A DNA stretch of 64,000 nt from Dehalococcoidia bacterium (lineage in GTDB: Bacteria; Chloroflexota; Dehalococcoidia; UBA2979), in NCBI GenBank assembly GCA_009692705.1, contig SHYR01000002.1, positions 20,568 to 84,567 on the forward strand, read 5' to 3'. Made by a program: the position numbers and the translations under genes. Of the stretch, positions 1-8,079 are shown one piece after another. Positions within the stretch are counted from its first letter, which is position 1; each line of letters opens with the position of its first letter. Under the pieces are notes generated by a model, which ran no database searches, was not told where the DNA came from, and worked only from the letters and a program-made list of their open reading frames with translations.

Positions 1-100
1 GGAGGCGATCGGCCAGACGGTGATCGCGCACGGCAATGGCCACCTCGGGCAGGTGAGCCTCGCGCGCACGCTGCTGGGCAAGCCCGGCCTCGACATCTAG
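1..100 (+). CDS. 3' end of an ORF cut by the window edge (…IAHGNGHLGQVSLARTLLGKPGLDI*), possibly DinB-fold
   Basis: Open frame from nt 2 to TAG at 98-100. The HxxxHxGQ-like C-terminal motif resembles DinB/YfiT-type proteins, but the fragment is too short to be sure. Confidence 0.3.
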   Translation, partial: EAIGQTVIAHGNGHLGQVSLARTLLGKPGLDI

Positions 101-122
101 TCGGCTGGCGAGCCAGAGCGAA

Positions 123-668
123 CTAGCGGCGCTGCGGCGCGCGCTCCGCCTGCGAGCGCGCCGGCGTACGGGGGTCGCGCGCCGCCGCCTGCTCATGCAG
201 GCGGTGCAGTTGCCACATCGCCTCGAGGTCGCGCTCGTTGATCTCGCGCACCCACTGCTGGAGCGTGACGTCGCCGCGGTAGGGGTGGAGGCCGCGGTGC
301 TGCCAGCTCTCGCCGGCGGCGCGTAGCGCCCACACCAGCCGCTCGCGCAGGTCGGCGAAGTCCCACAGCAGCGCCTCGACGTGGTTCCGGCGGAAGTCGT
401 GCTCGGCGGGAGCGTGCTGGGCGCGGCGCTCCGCCAGCGGTGCGCCGTCGCGGGCGATCATCGCCTGTACGGCCGCCAGGTCCTCGCGCTCGCTCTCGCG
501 CAGGAAGCCGACGATCTCCAGGGCGCACCACTGATCCGCAGCGGGGCGCCAGCGCAGCGTGGGCGCGTCGAGCTCCATCACCAGGCCCTCGATCTGGTGC
601 GCCAGCTCGCGCAACGTCTTCAGGAGGTAGCGATCGGGGCTGCTGTACTGGCGCGAGACGTCGGGCAC
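123..668 (-). CDS. DinB-family (DinB_2-like) protein
   Basis: The C-terminal ~180 aa of ORF 123..827 read like a DinB four-helix bundle (LRWRPAADQWCALEIVGFLRESERE…HPYRGDVTLQQWVREINERDLEAMWQLHRL). I chose the GTG at 668 (VPDVSRQY…) because the upstream residues are Arg-rich junk. The start is uncertain. Confidence 0.6.
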   Translation of the reverse strand: MPDVSRQYSSPDRYLLKTLRELAHQIEGLVMELDAPTLRWRPAADQWCALEIVGFLRESEREDLAAVQAMIARDGAPLAERRAQHAPAEHDFRRNHVEALLWDFADLRERLVWALRAAGESWQHRGLHPYRGDVTLQQWVREINERDLEAMWQLHRLHEQAAARDPRTPARSQAERAPQRR

Positions 669-801
669 GTGGGCATGGTCCGGCGCGGCCGATCGGCCTG
701 TCAATCGCCGGTCGCGCACGCGATCCGGCCCCCGCGTGGCCGGCAGGCGCGCTGCGCGCCGCGTTGACCATCGATCGGCGTGTCCATAGGATGCGAGGCC
801 T

Positions 802-1635
802 GTGAGCGCGCTTTCGCTGCCGTACACGGTGCTGATCCTGCTGAGCGAGCTGGCGGCGGGGTCGTTGCTGACCGTGGCCGTCTTCGACGCCCGCGGCGGC
901 GTGACCCGTGGCTACGTGAAGACCTGCGCCCTGGTGGTGTTGCCGATCGTCGCGCTGGCCGTGCTCGCGTCGCGAGCGCTCGGCGACGAAGACGCGATCG
1001 ACGGCTTCGCGCTGCGGCGGTCGTGGCTGCCGTTGCTGCGCGGCTCGCTGCTGGCGCTGCTGCTGCTCTCGGCGGCCTACGTGGTGGTGGCGTTTCGCGG
1101 CTCGCGGCTGCCGGCGGTGGTGGCGGGCGGCGCGGCGGCCGCCGTCGGCGCGCTGACGCTGGTCGCGCTCGCCGGGATGGTCGCGGGGCCCACGTGGTCG
1201 TATGCCGGCACGCTCGGCGGCATGCTGGCGGCGGCGCTGGCGCTGGGCGGGGCGCTGATGGCGATGATGTGGGGCCACTGGTATCTCACCAACTCCGGCC
1301 TGCCGCAGGAGCCGATGGAGCGGATGTCGCTGCTCGTGCTCGCCGCGCTGGGCGTGCAGGCGCTGTTCGTGCTGCTGGGCGCGCTGCTGCCCGTGCGCGA
1401 GGTGCCGCTGAGCGACGCGGCGTTCGGCGTGACGCTGGGCCAGAACCCGGCGTTCTGGCTGCGCGTCGGCGTGGGCCTGGTCTTCCCGGCCGTGCTGGCT
1501 ACGCTCGCGTGGAGGGCGGCGACGGTGCGCGGCATGATGTCGGCCACCGGCCTGCTGTACATCGCCGTCGGCACGGTGCTGGCCGGCGAGGTGCTGGCGC
1601 GGGGGCTGCTGTTCGCCACCGGCGCCGCCGTATGA
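802..1635 (+). CDS. Polytopic integral membrane protein, unknown function (~8 predicted TM helices)
   Basis: 277-aa ORF that is strongly hydrophobic and periodic (LILLSELAAGSLL…, MWGHWYLTN…) with GC3-rich codons. It lies divergent from the DinB gene and upstream of the ECF sigma gene. I recognise no family. Confidence 0.65.
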   Translation: MSALSLPYTVLILLSELAAGSLLTVAVFDARGGVTRGYVKTCALVVLPIVALAVLASRALGDEDAIDGFALRRSWLPLLRGSLLALLLLSAAYVVVAFRGSRLPAVVAGGAAAAVGALTLVALAGMVAGPTWSYAGTLGGMLAAALALGGALMAMMWGHWYLTNSGLPQEPMERMSLLVLAALGVQALFVLLGALLPVREVPLSDAAFGVTLGQNPAFWLRVGVGLVFPAVLATLAWRAATVRGMMSATGLLYIAVGTVLAGEVLARGLLFATGAAV

Positions 1636-1698
1636 CCGGGGCCAGGCGGCCGCTCGAAGCTGCCCCGGCCTGCGCGCCTGCTCGCGCCGGGCCGGCGT

Positions 1699-1735
1699 GG
1701 GGGAGTGCGGCGTCACTGTCGCCCGACACTCCCCC
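1699..1735 (+). terminator. Stem-loop GGGGGAGTG-N19-CACTCCCCC downstream of the membrane gene
   Basis: Perfect 9-bp inverted repeat (1699-1707 / 1727-1735) read directly from the sequence. There is no U-tract, so a terminator role is only a guess. Confidence 0.3.
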
Positions 1736-1823
1736 GCTGCGATTGGATGCTGACTTGCGTGAGCCGTCGGTGCCCAGACGAATCCGCGTGCTGCTGCGCG
1801 ACGTAGCACCATCAGAGGCCGGC

Positions 1824-2420
1824 ATGCGGATGGCGGCGGAGGCCGGCGCGACGTCCGATGACGCCCTGGTGACGGCGCTCACCAGCGGCGAAATCGAGGC
1901 GCTCGACTGGCTCTACGAGCGCTACGCGCCGCTCACCTTCTCCGTCGCGCTGCGAGTGCTCGGCGACCGCCAGCTGGCGGAGGATGTCGCGCAGGACGTG
2001 TTCCTGCGGTTCTGGCGCCAGCCGTGATCGTACGATGCGGCGTGCGGGCGCTTCCGCAGCTGGCTGATGTCGGTTGCGCGCAACCGCGCGATCGACGAGC
2101 GCCGGCGCATGGCGCGGCGGCTCCAGCACGAGGAGCGGGACGACCCTGCCGCGCCGGAGCCGCCGGACCCCGACCGCTCCTTCGACCCGCCGCTGGAGGC
2201 GGAGCTGGCGGAGGAGCGGCTGGTGGTGCGGGAGGCGATGACCCGGCTGCCCGCCGCGCAGCGCGAGGTGATCGAGTTGGCATATTTCAGTGGGATGACG
2301 CAAGTGGAGATCGCCAGCCGCACCGGCGACCCGCTGGGCACCGTGAAGACCCGCATCCGGCTGGCGCTGCAGAAGCTGCGCGCCGACCTCGGCGTGCTGC
2401 GAACGAGGGACCGAACGTGA
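1824..2420 (+). pseudogene. ECF (group IV) sigma-70 factor interrupted by an in-frame TGA at 2025-2027
   Basis: The N-terminal piece (…LDWLYERYAPLTFSVALRVLGDRQLAEDVAQDVFLRFWRQP*) is sigma region 2. The piece from 2028 on (SYDAACGRFRSWLMSVARNRAIDERRR…LPAAQREVIELAYFSGMTQVEIASRTGDPLGTVKTRIRLALQKLR) is the linker plus region 4. Both pieces are in the same codon phase (1824, 2025 and 2067 are all 0 mod 3). Confidence 0.8.
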
Positions 2421-2770
2421 CGCCCGACGAACGCGCGGAGCTGCTTGCCGCCTACGCGCTCGGCACGCTCCCGGAGCCCGAGGCGGCGGAGGTGCGCGAG
2501 CTGGTGCGCCGCGACAGCGCGACCGCGGCGGAGCTGGCCGGCTACCACGAGATCGTCGATCTGATCGCGCTCTCGGTGCCGCTGCGCCGCGGCGCCTCCA
2601 GCACGCGCCCGGCCCTGCGCCGGATGCTGCCCTGGGCCGGCGTGGCGGCGGCGGTGCTGCTGGTCGCCGTCTGGGGCGTGAACCTGCGCCGCGACCTTAG
2701 CGAGCTGCGGAGCCACAGCGCGGCGCTGACCGCGATCGTCGAAGCGGACGCAAGCGCCTCGACGCGCTGA
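2417..2770 (+). CDS. Anti-sigma factor, N-terminal cytoplasmic domain plus one TM helix (RskA-like)
   Basis: The GTG at 2417 overlaps the sigma stop (GTGA). The sequence ERAELLAAYALGTLPEPEAAEVRELV… is a typical anti-sigma N-terminus, followed by the TM segment WAGVAAAVLLVAVWGV. It ends at the TGA at 2768-2770. Confidence 0.65.
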   Translation: MTPDERAELLAAYALGTLPEPEAAEVRELVRRDSATAAELAGYHEIVDLIALSVPLRRGASSTRPALRRMLPWAGVAAAVLLVAVWGVNLRRDLSELRSHSAALTAIVEADASASTR

Positions 2771-3197
2771 TGTCGTTCGAGGACGGCGACGTCAACTCGC
2801 GGCTGCTGCGCCTCCAGCTCCGGTCGGCGACTGCTGGGCTGCAGCTCGCGCTCGCGGTCAGCACGGCGCCCGACGTGAAGCCCTACCTGCTGCAGGGCAC
2901 GTCGGCCGGGCACGGCGCGCAGGGCAACTTCCTCTGGAGCCCGGGCCTCAGCGCCGGCTGGGTGACAGCGCGCGATCTGCCTCCGCTGCCGCTGGGCGGG
3001 CAGTACGAGATCTGGCTGATCGACCGCCTGCACGCGGTCTCGGCCGGGACCTTCACCCCCAACGACCAGAGCCGTGCCGAGGCGGTGGTGGCGCCGGTCA
3101 GCCCGATCAAGCCGATTTGCATCGTGATCGCCGTTGCGGGAGAGGCCGACGATCTCACGCCCGCTCGCCGGTCGTGCTGGCCGCGGACATCAGGTAG
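2770..3197 (+). pseudogene. Anti-sigma-K RskA-type extracytoplasmic domain, in a different frame from its N-terminal half; 3' end probably frameshifted again
   Basis: …LAVSTAPDVKPYLLQGTSAGHGAQGNFLWSPGLSAGWVTARDLPPLPLGGQYEIWLIDRLHAVSAGTF… matches the RskA C-terminal domain pattern as I recall it. This ORF has no signal peptide or TM of its own. The listed ORF runs on to 3522 through Arg-rich sequence antisense to the AI-2E gene. A -1 shift near 3165 instead gives …ARSPVVLAADIR* ending at the TAG at 3195-3197. Confidence 0.5.
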
Positions 3198-3223
3198 CCC
3201 GGCACGTCCTCGGCCCGGGCGGT

Positions 3224-4483
3224 CTAGGCCGCGCCCTCGCCATCTCCCGGATCGGTCGTGCCCCTGGTTGCGGTGTGCCGGGCGCCGCGCGCCGGCCGGG
3301 CGAGGCGCCGCCGCAGCGCCGAGGCCGCGCGGCGGGCGAGCGTGGGGGAGCGGTTCTGCATGCGGGCGGCCTGGGTCGGTGCGAAGGCCTCGGCGGGCGA
3401 GGCGCCGCTTAGCCGGCGGTCCATGTACCAGAAGAGGTCGCGGGCGATCCCCGCGAGCGGCACGATCGCGAGCAGCCCCCAGAAGCCGAAGGCGGCGCCG
3501 CCGACGATCAGCAGCAGGATGATGATGGCCGGGTGGAGGGCGACGGCTCGCCCCTGCACGCGCGGCACCAGTATTTGGTTCTCCAGCTGTTGCACCACGA
3601 AGTAGAACACGGTCACCCAGAGCAGCTTGTCGGGATCCGTGCCGGCGACCAGGATCACGCCGGGGATCGAGCCGATCCACGGCCCGATGATCGGGATCAT
3701 CTCGGTCACGCCCGCGAAGACGCCCAGCGCCAGCGCCAGCGGCACGTCCATCAGCGTCAGCCCGACGCCCACAGCGACGCCGACGATCAGCCCGAGCAGC
3801 AACTGGCCGCGCACATATCGCAGCAGGATGCGGTCGCCCATCACCATCACGTGGCGGACATCGTCGCGGAACCGCTCGGGTACCGCGTTCATGAAGTTGC
3901 GCTCCACGTTGTAGCGGTCGCGCAACGCGTAGAACAGCCAGATCGGCACGATCAGCAACCCGAAGAGCAGGCCGAGGGTGCTGCCCAGCAGCCCCAGTGA
4001 GCTCTGCACCGTTTCGTTGATCCAGTCCGAGAGCGCGGCGGTCGCGTCTCCGGCGTAGCGGTCGACGCGCTTCTGCACGTCGACGGGAACGCGCTCGTGG
4101 TACTCGGCGAGCCATTCCGTGGTCTGCGCGCGGGCGTCTTCGACGATCGCCGGCAGGTTATCGACGAACTCCACGACCTGGTCGGCCGCGAGCGGCGCCA
4201 CGGCGATGCCCGTCCCTGTGAGTCCGCCCGCGATCACGGCGTACACCAGCAGCACGGCGACGCCGCGGCGGTAGAGCTCCAGCTTCTGCGGCGTGCGGGC
4301 GAATGTGGTGAACGCTCGTCGCGGCAGCAGCGGGACCATGAAGTCCACGACCGGCGTGAGCACGTAGGCGAAGATCGCGCCCACCGCGAATGGGAGCAGC
4401 GCGGAGCGCGCGCGCCAGATCACGAAGCAGAGGAACAGCAGCAGCACCATCCACAGGGCGGTGCGCCAGCGCTGCAGGGTCAT
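3224..4483 (-). CDS. AI-2E family (PerM/UPF0118) transporter
   Basis: 419 aa and polytopic. Typical AI-2E features: LLPFAVGAIFAYVL…, IPIIGPWIGSIPGVILV…, FYFVVQQLENQILVPRVQG. Confidence 0.8.
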   Translation of the reverse strand: MTLQRWRTALWMVLLLFLCFVIWRARSALLPFAVGAIFAYVLTPVVDFMVPLLPRRAFTTFARTPQKLELYRRGVAVLLVYAVIAGGLTGTGIAVAPLAADQVVEFVDNLPAIVEDARAQTTEWLAEYHERVPVDVQKRVDRYAGDATAALSDWINETVQSSLGLLGSTLGLLFGLLIVPIWLFYALRDRYNVERNFMNAVPERFRDDVRHVMVMGDRILLRYVRGQLLLGLIVGVAVGVGLTLMDVPLALALGVFAGVTEMIPIIGPWIGSIPGVILVAGTDPDKLLWVTVFYFVVQQLENQILVPRVQGRAVALHPAIIILLLIVGGAAFGFWGLLAIVPLAGIARDLFWYMDRRLSGASPAEAFAPTQAARMQNRSPTLARRAASALRRRLARPARGARHTATRGTTDPGDGEGAA

Positions 4484-4594
4484 TCCGGCCCCTCTCCACG
4501 GCTTCGATCGGCGTCAATCCTGCTCAGCATTGTGCCTGAAGCACGGCGGAGGCGCGCATTGACAGGCGCGGGGTCTGCGCCGGACCATCGGGCC

Positions 4595-5041
4595 GTGGCT
4601 TCCACCGACGTGCTCGAACGCCGCATCTCAGGCAGCGGCCACCGCGTGACCGCCCCCCGGCGGGCACTGCTCGACGCCATGCAGAGGCTCGGTGACCACT
4701 TCACCGCCGAGGGCCTGGTGGAGGCCGCCCCCGCGGTCGGCCGTGCCACGGTCTTTCGCACGCTGCGGCTGCTGCTCGGGATCGGGACGCTCTGCCAGGT
4801 GGTGCTGGACGACGGCGCCATCGAGTACCGGCTGGCCAGCGGCGGGCACCACCATCACATCGTCTGCTCGCGCTGCGGCGCGGTGAACGACTTCGCCTCC
4901 TGCGACATCCAGGACCTACTGGACGAGCTCGCCCGCCGCACCGGCTACGACATCGAGGCGCACCGCCTCGAGGTCTACGGGCGGTGCGCGCAGTGCCAGC
5001 GCGAGCTGCGTCCGGCGGAGCGCTTGCCCGCCGGCGGCTAG
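4595..5041 (+). CDS. Fur-family metalloregulator (Zur-like by context)
   Basis: From the GTG at 4595: RVTAPRRALLDAM…FTAEGLVEAAPAVGRATVFRTLRLL (wHTH), then HHHHIVCSRCG…CDIQ…GRCAQC (Cys pairs of the structural metal site). It sits directly upstream of the znuACB-like genes. Confidence 0.8.
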   Translation: MASTDVLERRISGSGHRVTAPRRALLDAMQRLGDHFTAEGLVEAAPAVGRATVFRTLRLLLGIGTLCQVVLDDGAIEYRLASGGHHHHIVCSRCGAVNDFASCDIQDLLDELARRTGYDIEAHRLEVYGRCAQCQRELRPAERLPAGG

Positions 5042-5132
5042 CGCGAGGCCGCGCTCGCGGCGGGCGAGCGGCGTCTCCCCGGCTGCGCCTGTTGCCTTGC
5101 CGCCTTGACGGCTGCGGCCTTGCGCGCGTGCG

Positions 5133-5180
5133 TTGAGACTGGGTATCATCAGGCTCGCACTCCGCGAGACTGAGTCTCAG
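5133..5180 (+). promoter_or_regulatory. Candidate operator: GAGACT repeats including the palindrome GAGACTGAGTCTC (5166-5178)
   Basis: GAGACTG occurs at 5135-5141 and 5166-5172, with an inverted copy at 5173-5178. The site lies between the Fur-family gene and the metal-binding lipoprotein gene, ~20 nt before its ATG. Confidence 0.35.
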
Positions 5181-5199
5181 CAACTGACGTGGCGGACCG

Positions 5200-6135
5200 A
5201 TGCACTCTAGCGCGCGCCGCCGCTTCGCCTCCGCGTCCATCCCCCTGCGCTGTGCCGCCGCGCTCGCATGTGCCCTGCTCGTGGCCTGCGGCGGCGGCAC
5301 GGCGCGCGAGGGCGGGCGCACGCGCGTCGTGGCCTCCACGCCGCTGCTCGCGGAGCTCGCGGCCAGCGTGGCCGGCGATGACGCCACGGTGAGCGCGCTG
5401 ATCCCGGCGGCGGTCGATCTCCATAGCTACGAGCCGCCGCCGCAGGCCGCACGGCTGGTGGCGCAGGCGGATCTGCTGCTCGTCAACGGCTACCGGCTCG
5501 AGGAATCACTGCTCGACGTGATCGTGCAGAACCGCCGTTCCGGCACGCCGATCGTCGCCGCCTCCGAGGGCATCGACCCGATCGCCGGCAGCCCGGCCCG
5601 CGGTAAGGCGGCGATCGGCGCCGCGGGCGATCCGCACTTCTGGCTCGACGTCGCGAACGCCGTTTCCTACGTGGAGCGCATCCGCGATGCGCTCGTGCAG
5701 GTGGATGTCGCGCACGCGGCGGGCTACCGCGCGCGCGCGGCCGGCACGGTCGAGGCGCTGCGCGCGCTCGATGCCGAGCTGCGCTCCCAGCTCGCGGCGA
5801 TCCCGCCGCACCGGCGCAAGCTGGTGCTGTTCCATGACGCCTTCCAGTACTTCGCGCGCGCCTACGGCTTCGAGCTGGTGGCGGCGGTGCTGCCGGCGAG
5901 CGCCGCGCAGCAGCCGAGCGCCGCCGACGTCGCCCGCATCGTCGAGCTGGTGCGCCGTACGGGTGTGCCAGCGGTGTTCCAGGAGCCGCAGTTCAGCGGC
6001 CAGGTGCTGGAGCTGGTCGCGCGCGAGACGGGCGTGCGGGTGCTGATGCTCACGGACACTTACACCGACAGCGCTCCGAGTTATGCCGAGATGATGCCTG
6101 CGAACGCGCGCGCGCTCGTCGAGGGGCTGCGTTAG
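5200..6135 (+). CDS. znuA: Metal ABC transporter substrate-binding lipoprotein (ZnuA/TroA cluster-9 family)
   Basis: Lipobox LLVAC|GGG. Metal-ligand contexts DLHSYEP, GDPHFWLD and LFHDAFQYF (His rather than Glu at the third ligand position, which suggests Zn). Confidence 0.75.
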   Translation: MHSSARRRFASASIPLRCAAALACALLVACGGGTAREGGRTRVVASTPLLAELAASVAGDDATVSALIPAAVDLHSYEPPPQAARLVAQADLLLVNGYRLEESLLDVIVQNRRSGTPIVAASEGIDPIAGSPARGKAAIGAAGDPHFWLDVANAVSYVERIRDALVQVDVAHAAGYRARAAGTVEALRALDAELRSQLAAIPPHRRKLVLFHDAFQYFARAYGFELVAAVLPASAAQQPSAADVARIVELVRRTGVPAVFQEPQFSGQVLELVARETGVRVLMLTDTYTDSAPSYAEMMPANARALVEGLR

Positions 6136-6153
6136 CGTGGAAGGCGGCGCGGC

Positions 6154-7071
6154 GTGAGACCGCGCGGGGAGGCGGGCAGGGTGGTCGACGGGCACGGCCA
6201 GCGGCTGGAGCAGCACGTCCCCGCGCGCGCGGCGCTCGCCCCCGAGCACCAGCACCGCGAGTACGCGCTGGAGGTGCGCGATCTCTGGGCCGGCTACCCG
6301 GGGCAGCCGCCCGCGATCGAGGGCGTCTCGCTGCGGGTGCCGGTCGGGGAGCTGGTGGGGCTGATCGGCCCCAACGGCGCCGGCAAGTCCACGCTCTTCA
6401 AGGCCGTGCTGGGGTTGCTGCGGCCGCTGCGCGGCGAGGTGCTGGCGTTCGGGCGGCCGGTGTCGGAGGCGCGCGACCGTATCGCCTACATGCCGCAGGT
6501 GGAGGAGGTGGATTGGAGCTTCCCCGTTTCCGTGCTGGACGTGGTGCTGATGGGGCGCTACCGCGTCTTGCGGCCGTTCGGCCGCTGGAGCCGGGCCGAC
6601 CGCGCGCGCGCCGCGGAGGCGCTGGACCGCGCGGGGCTGGGCGGCTACGGCGCGCGGCAGGTGGGCGAGCTCTCGGGCGGGCAGCGCCGGCGCGTGCTGA
6701 CGGCGCGCGCAATCGCGCGCGGCGCGCGGCTGCTGTTGCTGGACGAGCCGTTCGCGGGGCTCGACGCGGCGGTGCAGCACGATCTGATCGCGGTGCTCGA
6801 CGGGCTGGCGAAGGATGGCTGCGCGGTGCTGGTCGCGACGCACGACCTCTCCTGTGTCGCCAGCTCCTGCGACGAGGCGATCTGCTTGCACCGGCGCGTG
6901 ATCGCGGCCGGGCCGCCGGCGCAGGTGCTGACCGAGGAGGTGCTCACGCAGACCTTCGAGCGCCACCTGCTCGCGGTGGTGGCGATGGGCGGCGTGCGCG
7001 TCGCGCGCGACGAGCACGGGGACGGCCCGCCGGGCGGTGGGGGCGATGCGGGCGGTGCGGGCGGTGCCTGA
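6154..7071 (+). CDS. znuC: Metal ABC transporter ATP-binding protein
   Basis: Walker A GPNGAGKST, signature LSGGQRRR, Walker B LLLLDEP, H-loop ATHD. The exact start (GTG at 6154) is uncertain. Confidence 0.85.
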   Translation: MRPRGEAGRVVDGHGQRLEQHVPARAALAPEHQHREYALEVRDLWAGYPGQPPAIEGVSLRVPVGELVGLIGPNGAGKSTLFKAVLGLLRPLRGEVLAFGRPVSEARDRIAYMPQVEEVDWSFPVSVLDVVLMGRYRVLRPFGRWSRADRARAAEALDRAGLGGYGARQVGELSGGQRRRVLTARAIARGARLLLLDEPFAGLDAAVQHDLIAVLDGLAKDGCAVLVATHDLSCVASSCDEAICLHRRVIAAGPPAQVLTEEVLTQTFERHLLAVVAMGGVRVARDEHGDGPPGGGGDAGGAGGA

Positions 7072-7957
7072 TGTGCTCGGCTGGCTGCTCGATCCATACG
7101 CTTTCGAGTTCATGCGCCGCGCGCTGGCCGTGCTGCTGATCGTGAGCGTGGTCGGGGCGGTGGTTGGCGCGTTCGTGGTGCACAAGGGGCTGGCCTTCTC
7201 CGGCGACGCGCTGGCGCACGCCACGCTCGCCGGGGTAGCGGTGGCGTTCGTCAACGGGGCCAGCGTCGGTCTCGGCGCGCTGGTCGCCGCCGTGGTCACC
7301 GCGCTCGGCGTCGGCTGGATGCGACGTCGCACCGCGGTGTCCTACGACACCGCGATCGGCATTCTCTTCGTCGCGATGTTCTCGCTCGGCATCCTCGTGC
7401 TCTCGCGCCGCACGGCGTACACGCCGGACCTGCTGTCGTTTGTCTTCGGCAACATCCTCGGCGTCTCGCGCGCCGACCTCGTGGGCGCGCTGCTGATGGG
7501 CGCAGCGGTGCTGCTGTTCGTGTGGGCGTTCTACCGCGAGCTGCTGTTCGTCGCCTACGACCCCGCGATGGCCGCTGCGTCAGGGGTGCGGTCGGCGCTC
7601 TTCCAGTACGCGCTGCTGGTAATGATCGCGGTGGCCGTGGTGGTGGCGCTGAAGGCGATCGGCATCGTGCTCGTGAACGCCTTGCTGATCATCCCCGCGG
7701 CGACCGCTGCGATGCTGTCGCACCGCCTGTCGATGATCATGCTGCTCGGCGCGCTGATCGCCGCCGCCGTCTCCGCGGTCGGCCTGCACGTCTCGTACTA
7801 CGCCGGCGTGGCGGCGAGTCCGGCGATCGTGCTCGCCGCTTGCGCCGCGTTCGCGCTCGCCGCGCTGGTGAGCGCCCGGCGGGGCTCCGCGCGCCGCTCG
7901 CCCGCATACGCACCCCCGGGCGCGACCGGCGTGCGGAGCGCGCCTGACGGCCGCTGA
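7037..7957 (+). CDS. znuB: Metal ABC transporter permease (ZnuB/TroCD family)
   Basis: LLDPYAFEFMRRAL… with multiple TM helices, as is typical for ABC-3 permeases. An alternative GTG start at 7064 overlaps the znuC stop. Confidence 0.85.
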   Translation: MGAMRAVRAVPDVLGWLLDPYAFEFMRRALAVLLIVSVVGAVVGAFVVHKGLAFSGDALAHATLAGVAVAFVNGASVGLGALVAAVVTALGVGWMRRRTAVSYDTAIGILFVAMFSLGILVLSRRTAYTPDLLSFVFGNILGVSRADLVGALLMGAAVLLFVWAFYRELLFVAYDPAMAAASGVRSALFQYALLVMIAVAVVVALKAIGIVLVNALLIIPAATAAMLSHRLSMIMLLGALIAAAVSAVGLHVSYYAGVAASPAIVLAACAAFALAALVSARRGSARRSPAYAPPGATGVRSAPDGR

Positions 7958-8079
7958 CGGGCGCGCGCACCCTCAGGGTTGAGCGCCCCCGGACGCGGCC
8001 CTACGCTGGTGGCCGGAAGGAACGCGGCGCAGCAGCCCCCACGGGCCCGACTGGACGGATCGCCGATGCCCCCGACGCC

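Noticed and set aside
193-1812. Very long ORFs rich in Arg/Ala/Pro/Gly on the strand opposite to, or out of frame with, recognisable genes. Examples: 193..1812(-), 5506..7332(-), 7798..9510(-), 18525..21059(-), 27576..29630(+), 42046..43866(-), 43838..45595(-), 52058..54301(+), 61346..62977(-).
   Set aside because: These are typical shadow ORFs of a ~70% G+C genome, where stop codons are rare in all frames. Their translations are low-complexity with no motifs, and each overlaps a gene that has clear family signatures.
2025-2027. The in-frame TGA (sigma factor) as selenocysteine, and the in-frame TAG at 39152-39154 (pcm) as pyrrolysine or a reassigned stop.
   Set aside because: TGA and TAG both terminate many well-defined genes in this window. 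No convincing SECIS-like hairpin follows the TGA; there is only a 5-bp stem. Neither position is a catalytic Cys or Lys site. No sel or pyl genes are seen.
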